Below, in pieces: positions 28,040-37,500 of a DNA stretch of 64,000 bases. A program made the position numbers and the translations under genes. Positions within the stretch are counted from its first letter, which is position 1. Every line of letters starts with the position of its first letter. Location of the stretch: NCBI RefSeq assembly GCF_040564635.1, contig NZ_CP159837.1, forward strand, positions 419,801 to 483,800. The letters are read 5' to 3'. The notes under the pieces were generated by a model, which searched no databases, had not been told where the DNA came from, and saw nothing but the letters and a program-made list of their open reading frames with translations. The stretch is from Planktothricoides raciborskii GIHE-MW2 (GTDB lineage Bacteria; Cyanobacteriota; Cyanobacteriia; Cyanobacteriales; Laspinemataceae).

Positions 28040-28463
28040 AAAAAGACAAGACACTGATATCCGCATTCAGCCATCTTCAGCCGGAAGAAATGTAGGGGAG
28101 ATAAAAATACCGGAAGGAATTAGTTTTTCTTTCCGGTATTATCAGGATGATAAAGAAAAATTTTCCATAGGTAAGAGGGACGCCAGATATCTAGCTTCTC
28201 TCTTGCGGAGACTGCGCGATTTATCTCAATTAAATGCGAAAGAACTGATTAACAATCAGAGTAAAAGTCTCCGCTGTCATAAAATAGACTGGCAAGATAC
28301 AACTGAACCCAATGGTTTTGGGATTGCTAATGAAGAGCAGCTAGTCAATACCCCCTACCAGTTTCAAATCTCTGCCAATGAATATGGCAGAGTGCATGGA
28401 TTTTTTAGTGAAAATGTTTTTTACGCTATCTGGTTAGACCCAGACCATCATCTTTATCAGTAA
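28020..28463 (+). CDS. Hypothetical protein that overlaps the 3' end of the Panacea gene by 20 bp. Candidate cognate toxin.
   Basis: 147-aa ORF. No family recognised. Its last about 57 codons are duplicated at 29038-29212. Confidence 0.4.
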   Translation: MSSKKNKKRQDTDIRIQPSSAGRNVGEIKIPEGISFSFRYYQDDKEKFSIGKRDARYLASLLRRLRDLSQLNAKELINNQSKSLRCHKIDWQDTTEPNGFGIANEEQLVNTPYQFQISANEYGRVHGFFSENVFYAIWLDPDHHLYQ

Positions 28464-28500
28464 ACATGAGAAAGCGATCGCCTTATTTATCGCTACGATT
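28290..28500. repeat. Copy 1 of a roughly 200-bp direct repeat. Copy 2 is at 29030-29240. The repeat includes the 3' end of gene 28020..28463.
   Basis: 'ctggcaagatacaactgaacccaatggttttgggattgctaatgaagagcagctagtcaataccccctaccagtttcaaatctctgccaatgaatatggcagagtgcatggattttttag[t/c]gaaaatgttttttacgctatctggttagacccagaccat...' appears at both locations. Confidence 0.85.
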
Positions 28501-28609
28501 GATTAATTGTGTTAAAAATTAGTTAATTTTTTCCCTAGGAATATCCGGGTAACGAGGGAAAAATGGAGACATTTGTGGCCGGAAAACGTTGATAGGGAGG
28601 TTAAGTAAT

Positions 28610-28918
28610 ATGGATTTGAAACCGATAAAAACTGAGGCAGATTATCGTCAAGCGTTGGCGGAAATTGAACGGCTTTTTGAGGCAGAATTGAATACCCCAG
28701 AGGGCAATCGCTTGGAAATTCTCGTCACCTTGGTTGAAGCTTACGAAAAAAAGCATCATCCAATTGAATCACCTTTACCTGATGAGGCAATTCTCTACCA
28801 CTTAGAAAGCCGTCATCCTTCTTTAACGGTCTCTAATTTTATTCAAGGATTGAAGCGTCGGGGAGTCAGCGATCGCGTGATTCAAGAGGCTTTGAATGAG
28901 GTGGGTATGGCAGGGTAG
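28610..28918 (+). CDS. HigA-family antitoxin-like protein (N-terminal domain clear, C-terminal HTH atypical)
   Basis: 'MDLKPIKTEADYRQALAEIERLFEAELNTPEGNRLEILVTLVEAYEKKHHPI' is the characteristic HigA/XRE antitoxin N-terminus. GGGAGG lies 9 nt upstream of this ATG. Confidence 0.5.
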   Translation: MDLKPIKTEADYRQALAEIERLFEAELNTPEGNRLEILVTLVEAYEKKHHPIESPLPDEAILYHLESRHPSLTVSNFIQGLKRRGVSDRVIQEALNEVGMAG

Positions 28919-28919
28919 C

Positions 28920-29035
28920 ACGGGAGTACGGGAGCACGGGAGTAGGGGAGCCGCCAATCGAGCCGCCAATCGAGCAGAGGAACCCCACACCCTACACCGA
29001 TGGCGGCCCTACCCCCTACACCCTACACCCTACAC
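28920..29035. repeat. STRR-like heptamer repeats plus a roughly 90-bp segment that is repeated at 30185-30285
   Basis: 'gagccgccaatcgagccgccaatcgagcagaggaaccccacaccctacaccgatggcggccctac' is present at both sites. Together they flank xisH/xisI. Confidence 0.8.
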
Positions 29036-29281
29036 TACTGGCAAGATACAACTGAACCCAATGGTTTTGGGATTGCTAATGAAGAGCAGCTAGTCAATAC
29101 CCCCTACCAGTTTCAAATCTCTGCCAATGAATATGGCAGAGTGCATGGATTTTTTAGCGAAAATGTTTTTTACGCTATCTGGTTAGACCCAGACCATAAT
29201 CTTTATCGGTAAACATGAGAAAGCGATCGCGTTATTTAAGGCTACTACTCACAACACCGGACAGAACAAAACAAAACAAAA

Positions 29282-29653
29282 TTAAACAACTGAATATTCC
29301 GTATATTGCCGGATTTCAGGAGGTTGAAACCCCAGGACAATATCTTGCTTAGGAACCCCTAGATCCACCAGTTTTTGGGCGATTCTCATTTCGGTCATAT
29401 TTTGCTGAACCCAAATTTTCCCCCCTTGAATATCCAAATGTAACACGCAACCATAAACTCTTCGATACCCATCCCAGCCCACATTCATTACCTGATAGTG
29501 GTCTTGTTTCGTGTCAAAAACCGTGTAGCAATCTATCGAGCCATTCGCGATCGGGATAGACGCATAATCCGCTAACACAGACTGAATAATCAGGCGATAA
29601 TATTCTATTTTATCCCCGATTTTATCTCCGATTTTATCCACTATTTTATCCAT
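29282..29653 (-). CDS. xisI: XisI (fdxN element excision controlling factor XisI family)
   Basis: 'YTVFDTKQDHYQVMNVGWDGYRRVYGCVLHLDIQGGKIWVQQNMTE..IAQKLVDLGVPKQDIVLGF'. The N-terminal 'DKIGDKIGDKI' comes from a 12-bp tandem repeat. Confidence 0.9.
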   Translation of the reverse strand: MDKIVDKIGDKIGDKIEYYRLIIQSVLADYASIPIANGSIDCYTVFDTKQDHYQVMNVGWDGYRRVYGCVLHLDIQGGKIWVQQNMTEMRIAQKLVDLGVPKQDIVLGFQPPEIRQYTEYSVV

Positions 29654-30057
29654 TGGATAATTACCTCCTCATTCGGATCGTAAATTATTTGTTTAATTTG
29701 ATATCTTTCCAGAGAAATTTGGGCAAATTCGCGCTTAAAAAAGGTTTGATACACCCCCACCGGCACTGCCAAATAAAGAATCCTTGTGGGATCGCTAATT
29801 TCTAAAGCAAGCCGATAATTCAAAAACTGTCCTAATGCAGCATGGTAATCGGTCAGGGGTGAATCACTTAAAAAGGTTTTTATCTCAACGGCTATTTTTT
29901 CTTGGCCTCGTTCTGCTGCTAACAGTTGCTCTGCACCTAAATCAATTTCAAATTTTGTGCCGCCTACTTCGAGTCTTAATGGATCGTCCGTGACATTCCA
30001 CTGCTCTTTTTCTAGAGCAATTCTAACCGCAGCATGAAATTTATCTTTAGCTCCCAT
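29641..30057 (-). CDS. xisH: XisH (fdxN element excision controlling factor XisH family)
   Basis: 'KDKFHAAVRIALEKEQWNVTDDPLRLEVGGTKFEIDLGAEQLLAAERGQEKIAVEIKTFL...LYLAVP' matches Anabaena XisH closely. The gene overlaps xisI by 13 bp. Confidence 0.9.
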   Translation of the reverse strand: MGAKDKFHAAVRIALEKEQWNVTDDPLRLEVGGTKFEIDLGAEQLLAAERGQEKIAVEIKTFLSDSPLTDYHAALGQFLNYRLALEISDPTRILYLAVPVGVYQTFFKREFAQISLERYQIKQIIYDPNEEVIIQWIK

Positions 30058-30289
30058 TGTGATTTTTTTTGTCTATTTATAATGATAATACGATCGCACC
30101 TCCGCACCCGATGGCGACCGATGACGGCCTTACACAACAGGGAACAGGGAATAGGCAACTACTGCTACAGGGATAAGGGACTCGCCGTCGGCAGAGGAGC
30201 CGCCAATCGAGCCGCCAATCGAGCAGAGGAACCCCACACCCTACACCGATGGCGGCCCTACACCCTACACCCTACCCCCTAATACACTA

Positions 30290-31243
30290 CTACGGCTGAT
30301 ACTTCTCATAAGCGGCGACAATGCGCTGCACCAAAGGATTCCGCACCACATCCGCTTGAGACAATTGGCAAAAAGCGATGCCCTCTACATTTTGTAAAAT
30401 TTTCTGGGCCACCGCTAAACCCGACTCTTGATAACTGGGTAAATCCGTTTGGGTAATATCCCCAGTCACCACCATGCGCGAGCGAAAACCCAAACGAGTT
30501 AACACCATTTTCATCTGGGACGGGGTACTATTTTGGGCTTCGTCCATAATCACAAACGCATTATTCAAAGTCCGACCGCGCATATAGGCAATGGGGGCAA
30601 CTTCAATCACCCCCCGTTCCATCAGGTTTTCAATTTTTTCGCGATCGATTAACTCATAAAGCGCATCATAAAGCGGACGCAAATAAGGATTAATTTTTTG
30701 CTGCAAATCTCCAGGCAAAAAGCCCAACTTTTCCCCCGCTTCTACCGCAGGTCGCGTCAGAATCAGGCGATCGTATTGATTAGATAAAAGCGCTTGAGCC
30801 GCCAAAACTACCGCTAGGTAAGTTTTACCTGTACCCGCAGGCCCAATACAAAAAGTCAGGTCATGGTTGCGAATGGCTTGGATATATTGCCGTTGTCGGA
30901 AAGTTTTCGCCCGAATATCATCTCCGCGACGAGTTTTGGCCAAAACATCCCGTTGTAAATCTTGCAAATCTTCTTGACGGTTGGTGTCCAGGGCATGACA
31001 AGCCGTGAGAATATCCACCCCGGTAATCAATTTCCCCGCTTTCCAAATCTCTTCGAGAGATGCCACTAAGCGACGACAGCGATCGACTTGGGCTGCTGTC
31101 CCCGCGATCGCCAACTCTTGTCCGTGCAAATCGACCATTGCACCCGTTTGCTTGGACAAAGTTTTCAGATTTTCTTGTTGACTACCACTAAGCGCGATCG
31201 CACTCTCCACCGAAGGCAACGAAATCGTGATTCTTTCTGACAT
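30290..31243 (-). CDS. phoH: PhoH-family ATPase
   Basis: 'CIGPAGTGKTYLAV', 'LILTRPAVEAGEKLGFLPGDLQQKINPYLRPLYDAL', 'FVIMDEAQN', 'VVTGDITQTDL'. Confidence 0.9.
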   Translation of the reverse strand: MSERITISLPSVESAIALSGSQQENLKTLSKQTGAMVDLHGQELAIAGTAAQVDRCRRLVASLEEIWKAGKLITGVDILTACHALDTNRQEDLQDLQRDVLAKTRRGDDIRAKTFRQRQYIQAIRNHDLTFCIGPAGTGKTYLAVVLAAQALLSNQYDRLILTRPAVEAGEKLGFLPGDLQQKINPYLRPLYDALYELIDREKIENLMERGVIEVAPIAYMRGRTLNNAFVIMDEAQNSTPSQMKMVLTRLGFRSRMVVTGDITQTDLPSYQESGLAVAQKILQNVEGIAFCQLSQADVVRNPLVQRIVAAYEKYQP

Positions 31244-31430
31244 GGGATTACCAAAGAAACCGGGTTTCTTTATACTATCTCTGCTAGAAAATCAAAGTTA
31301 CCGCAGAAACCGGGTTTCTGCAACCCGCAACGTAAAAAGACGCCTAGAGTCGGCTAAGACTCTTCACAGGCGTCGATTCAATAGATGGGATTAATAGGGA
31401 TGGGGACTGAAAAATCAGCAATTTAGAGTC

Positions 31431-31480
31431 AAGAGAAAAGAGTAGAGAGTAAAGAGTAAAGAGTAAAGAGTAAAGATTAA
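31431..31480. repeat. Heptamer tandem repeat (AGAGTAA)n
   Basis: agagtaaagagtaaagagtaaagagtaaagattaaagagta. Confidence 0.85.
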
Positions 31481-31539
31481 AGAGTATGGTTATGTTTATT
31501 CTCTATCCTCTCTGCTCTTTTCTCTCTCCTATCAACCTC

Positions 31540-32010
31540 TCATTTGTCTCTTGGCGCAGGTTTCGGCAGCTTGGCGCGGGGGGTTGAGGGCGGGGATTTT
31601 CTGCGCTCCGATCGCTCATCCGATGAATGCTCAAATGAGCGATCAGATGAATGATCGCGATCGCGATCGCCTGACCCACTGCCATAAATATCTAAATAAA
31701 TAGACTCGCCCACCGTTTCAGCCGCTGCCGCCAACACAGTGCGAATGGCCTGAATATTTCGGCCACCGCGACCAAAAACGCGCCCCTTCTCCGGATCTTC
31801 AAAAGACATCCGAATCCAGACCTTTGGTTTACTGGCGGACTTTTCGCAATCCACGCGCAAAGACTCTGCCGACTCTAATAAAGGCTCCAATAAAAACCTT
31901 ACCAAGCCTACATAATCAGGAATAGCCTTATCTTCTATTGTTTGAGTCACCACTTCCACTGGGTTCTTAGGCTTGGACACTGGAACTGGCTTTGACTTGT
32001 TCAAAGACAT
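31540..32010 (-). CDS. KH-domain RNA-binding protein (cyanobacterial rpsP-linked)
   Basis: KH motif '[16 protein letters not shown]'. The 5' end overlaps rpsP by 44 bp, so the true start is probably downstream or uses a non-ATG codon. Confidence 0.75.
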   Translation of the reverse strand: MSLNKSKPVPVSKPKNPVEVVTQTIEDKAIPDYVGLVRFLLEPLLESAESLRVDCEKSASKPKVWIRMSFEDPEKGRVFGRGGRNIQAIRTVLAAAAETVGESIYLDIYGSGSGDRDRDHSSDRSFEHSSDERSERRKSPPSTPRAKLPKPAPRDK

Positions 32011-32233
32011 TCGCTTTTTCTAGAATGCGACGCACTGTATCTGTAGGTTGAGCACCCTGCTGGAGTCGTCTGACAAGTCCCGGAACATCTAAGAGAGTCT
32101 CATCGGTTCTGGGATTATAAAATCCCAATTCTTCCAGAGGACGACCATCGCGGCGACTGGTACTTTGTGCGGCCACGATCCGATAGCTGGCTTCCCGTTT
32201 TTTTCCGTATCTCTTTAATCGCAGTTTGATCAT
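31967..32233 (-). CDS. rpsP: 30S ribosomal protein S16
   Basis: '[41 protein letters not shown]'. Confidence 0.9.
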   Translation of the reverse strand: MIKLRLKRYGKKREASYRIVAAQSTSRRDGRPLEELGFYNPRTDETLLDVPGLVRRLQQGAQPTDTVRRILEKANVFEQVKASSSVQA

Positions 32234-32405
32234 CTTGCTAAGAGTATATTCCTCCTGAATAATTTTAAGCGATTTGTTCTTGATGCAACAGTTCTTCTGG
32301 ACTATTCTTCGCTGAAAGCTAAAATTCTCGGTAATACATCACAAATTTTTCACCAATTACACTCTGGGAAGATCCTGATCGTCAAGAACAAAGCACAATC
32401 GACTA

Positions 32406-33863
32406 TTATAGCGTACCAAAGCCCTTTTTTGGCTTCTTTTTCTTTTTCTTCTGATCCCCACCGCCAGCATAGCCACGCCAGCCGGATGGTGGCGCACCTG
32501 GCCCGCCCATCATTCCGGGCATTCCCGGCATTCCGGGCATTCCGGGCATACCCATGCCGCCAAATTGCCCCTGACCCATCTGCTGCATCATCGCCCGCAT
32601 CCTAGTAAAATCTGTCACCAGCTTGCTGACATCTTTTTCCTGATAACCGGATCCTTTGGCAATGCGCCGTCTCCGGGAAGGGGAAGAAGCCAATAAATCG
32701 GGATTTCGGCGTTCTTCCTGGGTCATGGAATTAATCATCGCCTCACAGCGCTTTAACTGAGTTTCTCCCTTTTCCAACTGATCGTCCGTAAGCTTATTCA
32801 TCCCCGGAATCAGTTTCAGCACCCCGGTCAGAGAACCCATATTTTTCATCAACCGCATCTGCTTGAGAAAGTCAGTGAAGTCAAACTGAGCGGCGAGAAT
32901 TTTTTTCTGCATCTTCTCGACATCAGCGAGATCCACTTCTTCGGCGGCTTTTTCCACCAAAGTCAGCACATCTCCCATACCCAGAATGCGGGAAGCCATC
33001 CGGTCTGGATAAAACGGTTGCAGGGCTTCGACTTTTTCCCCAACCCCAACAAACTTAATCGGCGCCCCAGAAATCCGCCGTACCGACAACGCCGCACCAC
33101 CTCGGCTATCCCCATCCATTTTGGTCAGGATCGCGCCGGTAATGCCAATTTGATCGTGGAATGTCCGAGTCAGGTTCGCTGCTTCCTGCCCGGTCATGGC
33201 GTCTACCACCAGCAGGGTTTCGTGCGGTTGAACGGTTTGTTTAATCCGCAATAACTCAGCCATCATCTCCTCGTCAATTTGGAGACGACCGGCGGTATCA
33301 ATAATCACCGTATCTACGCCAATTTCCTTGGCATGAGCAATCCCTTGACGGGCAATTTCCACGGGATCCGCATCAGTACCGAGTTGAAAGACGGGAATAT
33401 TGATTTGTTTACCCAGGGCAATTAGCTGGTCAATGGCTGCCGGTCGATAGATGTCGGTGGCCACCATTAAGGTGCTGCGTTTTTGCTTGCGTAAAAGTAA
33501 AGCAAGTTTGGCCGTGGCAGTGGTTTTCCCGGTTCCCTGTAACCCAGCCATCAGGACAATAGTGGGAGCGGTGTCTGCCTTGGCTAGGGGGACGTTGCTT
33601 TCCCCCATGACTCGGACGAGTTCATCATAGACAATTTTGATGAACTGCTGATCCGGTCGAACCCCGGCAATGACTTCCGCACCTTGGGCTTTGGTTTCTA
33701 CCTCAGCGATAAAGTTTTTGACAACCTGGAGGTTGACATCTGCTTCTAAGAGGGCCCGTCTGACCTCTTTTAAAGCTTCTTGAATATTTGACTGGGAGAT
33801 TTTATCTTGACCCCGTAGTTTCTTCCATGCCCCTTCTAGGCGTTCAGCAAGTGCGTCAAACAT
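32406..33863 (-). CDS. ffh: Signal recognition particle protein Ffh
   Basis: N-domain, G-domain ('MAGLQGTGKTTATAKLA', 'DTAGR') and a Met-rich M-domain. There is an unusual GMPGMPGMPGMPG repeat and a lysine-rich C-terminal tail. Confidence 0.95.
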   Translation of the reverse strand: MFDALAERLEGAWKKLRGQDKISQSNIQEALKEVRRALLEADVNLQVVKNFIAEVETKAQGAEVIAGVRPDQQFIKIVYDELVRVMGESNVPLAKADTAPTIVLMAGLQGTGKTTATAKLALLLRKQKRSTLMVATDIYRPAAIDQLIALGKQINIPVFQLGTDADPVEIARQGIAHAKEIGVDTVIIDTAGRLQIDEEMMAELLRIKQTVQPHETLLVVDAMTGQEAANLTRTFHDQIGITGAILTKMDGDSRGGAALSVRRISGAPIKFVGVGEKVEALQPFYPDRMASRILGMGDVLTLVEKAAEEVDLADVEKMQKKILAAQFDFTDFLKQMRLMKNMGSLTGVLKLIPGMNKLTDDQLEKGETQLKRCEAMINSMTQEERRNPDLLASSPSRRRRIAKGSGYQEKDVSKLVTDFTRMRAMMQQMGQGQFGGMGMPGMPGMPGMPGMMGGPGAPPSGWRGYAGGGDQKKKKKKPKKGFGTL

Positions 33864-33934
33864 GAATTTAGAGTTTTTTAGAGAATTATTTCGCTACTAT
33901 ATCAATCAGCATAGTATTTAGCGGGCGTGGCTTA

Positions 33935-34580
33935 CAGCGGTTTTCTTTCTTAGTGAACCACCCTAGGGCGAAGCCCAAGCGGTATTTAATTTATTATTGT
34001 AGGGGCGAATGGCCATTCGCCCCTACACTGCCGGAATGCTTCGCCCCTACAGGTATTTGTGGTTTATTCAGCAGAAAATTGCTGTAAGGCCACGTTGCTT
34101 TGTTCTACCTTACCAGAGGAAAGAGAATACAGGAAAGAGAATAGAGTAAGGAAGGCATTGCCATCCCTGTGGTTGTTGTAGGGGCGCAATGCTTGCGCCC
34201 TTGAACCCTGGGAAAACGCCCTAAGTTGGGGGCGGGCGCTTGTAGGGCCTCTTCCGTGGCAGTGGTTGCCCCGATCGCCCGTGGTCGCCCCGCGCCCCTA
34301 CCCTGTCAGTGGGTCAGTCCTACAGCAATTTTCTGTAGAGTAAACCACAAATTTTTGTAGGGGCGAAGCATTCCGGCAGACAAATTATTGCTGAAAAGAT
34401 TAAATGTACGGGCCCGCGCATTCCGTAGGGGCGAATGGCCATTCGCCCTTGTACGGGCGAATGGCCATTCGCCCCAGAAGATGCTTAGAATATTAGATGG
34501 ACTACCGGAATGCTTCGCCCCTACGGAATGCGCGGGACCTACCCTGGTTCAGTAAGAAAGAAAACCGCTGTAATTTATTT
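33935..34580. repeat. Nested MITE cluster of the GTAGGGGCGAATGGCCATTCGCCCCTAC hairpin family
   Basis: Several hairpin copies, and units bounded by TTACAGCGGTTTTC...GCTGTAA. One unit spans about 33940-34080 and a larger composite spans about 34310-34580. Confidence 0.75.
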
Positions 34581-37500
34581 TTGTGATATTGGGGGCAAGA
34601 TGGAACATTGGGGAGATTCCCGTAAGGGATCCGCTTCGCGGAATCGCTCCCAAGGACTTCCTGAATTAACATTAGCGGCTTGGGCGATTAATTTCACCGA
34701 ACCATCGGCATCAACTGTCCATCCAGTTGCTTCTACAATCCGTTGATTGTCGATCGCCTCTGACGGTTCAATTGATGCGGAATAATTAGCCCGGTCATCA
34801 ATCCGTGGATCGATCCAAACTGTATCGCTACCCAGCCATGCATCAGGGTTTGGAGGCAATCCCCCCCGACCGATGACATAGAAACTACTGCCAGCAGAGG
34901 CATCACAAGTATCAGCAATTAAATTACTCAGTGAAATCACATTATTTTCTAATGCAACTAACCCTGATGCGGGGTCAACATCAGGGGTATTTAACTTAAC
35001 GGTGCCGCTAAATTCTGCCCCTAAATCCGAGGAAGCGGTGATATCGCTAAAGGGAGTATTAATATCTCGAAAATCCGTGCCAAAAATACCGTTAGCATTA
35101 ATCACAATTCGCCCGCCAAAACTTTGTTCTGCATTGGCAGAAATATCACTATTTTCTAGAGCAATTAAATTATCATTATTCAGAGTAATATTACCGCCAG
35201 TTGCTTCCCCAAAAGCGCTGGCGGTAATATTACTGTTATTTCTTAATTGAATATCTCCCGACGAAATAAATATATTCCCGCGATCGCCCGCAGCGGCAGT
35301 AGTGCTAATAATCCCTTGATTATCTAACAGAATTTCTCTGGCGGTAATTTCCACATTTCCCGCCGGACCTTTTCCCGGAGACAATGGGGCGTAACTGGCA
35401 AAATTACTGGCAGAAATTGCCGCGCGATCGCGGATAATTAACTGGTTCGTATTGAGAATCACATCCCCGCCCTTGCCGGTGCCGCTGCCATCTTCCGTTT
35501 CATCAAAAGCACTAGCAAATAACCCACTGCTGCCATTTTCTGATACACCAATTAATTCAATTAATTTGGCTCGGACAATCACATCTCCGGCATTACCCGA
35601 TCCACTGGTATTGGCAGTAAATTGACTCCCATCGGTTAAAGTCAATGACCCACCTGTTTCTATGGTAATTGTCCCTGCATTGCCATTAGCAAAAGTGCTA
35701 GAAGCCACAAAACCCGGATCGGATTCTACGGGATCTAAGCCAGTCATTTCAATAGATTCTGAAGCTTTTAAAGTGACATTTCCTGCATGACCTGACCCAA
35801 AGGTACTACTTTCGATTTTGCCGCCATTAGCAAACACTAACCGCCCGGTTTCAATTAAAATATCTCCCGCATTGGCACTGCCACCTTCTAAATAAGCGTT
35901 GGTACGCAAGCGACTGGCAGATCCTTCTAGGTCGGCGCCGATGATTTCCACAAAGTCCGAAGTTTGCACGGTAATCGAACCGCTATTCGCTGGGGCATCA
36001 CTTTTGGCGGTGCTGAGAATCCGACCCCCATCCCGTAAACTCAAGCCTCTAGCGGTAATATTCACATTTCCCCCATTGCCGGTACTGCCTTCGAGGGCTT
36101 CACTTCTAATCACGCTAAATCGGCCCACGTCATTGACCCCAAAAGCTTCTACCGTATCGGTGGCGTTAATCGTCACATCTCCGGCATTTCCGGCACCAAA
36201 GGTGGAAGTATTCAGAATGCCTTCATTTTCCAGGGTGAGTTTTCCCGTATTAAAAATTAAATTTCCCGCATTCCCCGTCCCGCGAGTAATGCTGGAAACT
36301 TCCGCATCTTTAATTGCCACAATATCTCTGGCATTGACCAGTAAATTGCCGCCCCGTCCCATATCCAAGGCATTAATAGAAATGTCGGCGCGATCGGAGA
36401 CAATTAATTTCCCCGTATTAATCGTAATATTGCCCCCCGATCCAATGCCACCGGACTCGGAAAATAAACCACTATTCGCCCCTCGGTTAGGATTAAAGTT
36501 ATCGGGATTAATCATAGTTTCCGCCACGGTGACAGCTTCGCTGCCTCGGTTTTGTAAGGAAACTTGTAAGGTATAAGTATCACCTACATCTAACCTATTG
36601 CCACTAATCGGCGATCCGGTAGCGGCAAAAGAATCTAATTCCGCCACTCCCAGCAGATAAATTCCCGGTTGGTCAAAGGTGACGTTTAAATAAGCATCAT
36701 GTTGTTCGCTGCTACCCCCCGCCCCACTGGTCGTCGGGGAATCATCATTGGTATAGAGTAAGTGTGCCGTGGCTAAGTTATATAAAAATATCTGAGTTTC
36801 TACATCTCCGGGGCCAGATTTTTTGGCGGCATCAATATCAAATATGCCTTGAGAATTAGCTTGAGTAATAGAAAATTTATAATAATCAAATGATTCTGTA
36901 GGGTCAGCAAGTACCGTTGTCCCGGCGATGATTTGTGCGGGAGTTCGCTGAATTGAGGTATAAGGAATACCATTAGATCCAGATGCTTCTACATCAGGAT
37001 TCGGTTGGGTGATAAATTCTAATAGGTTTAAATCAAATGCGGAAATCTTCGCCAAAGGATTGGGGAGAAAATTTGGGCTGCTGCCAGACAACTGGACGCT
37101 TTCGGTGGCATTAATTGTAATATCTCCGGCATTTCCGGGGGCAGTGGTGGCGGTGATAATTTGCCCCCCAGTTGCGATCGCGAGATTATTTACATTAATC
37201 TGAATTTGTCCGCCATTGTTCGGACTGTTGGTGACGGCAGCGATAAAGCCTCGGTTGGCTAAGGTGACATTTCCCGCAGGATTATTAATGATAATATTGC
37301 CCCCGGTTCCTGCGGTTTCTGTTTTGGATAAAATGCCGCTAAATAGTCCATCTGGAGTAAATCCAGAAATGTCGATCGCCCCAGTAGCATTAATCGCAAT
37401 ATCCCCCGCTTTGCCGTTTTGGTTAATGGTACTTTGGATGCGACTGCCCCCAGTGACGGTTAAATTGCCTACATCAATATTGATACCTTGATTGATACCA

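Noticed and set aside
28896-30282. ORFs 28896..29093, 29000..29212 and 30034..30282
   Set aside because: They are translations of heptamer repeats and of the duplicated 3' fragment of gene 28020..28463 (a fragment copy without its own 5' half). They are not independent genes.
31503-31685. ORF 31503..31685 (-) overlapping the 3' part of the KH-protein gene
   Set aside because: It is an alternate-frame ORF inside a gene with a clear KH motif and lies in a GC-rich, HIP1-dense stretch, so it is likely spurious.
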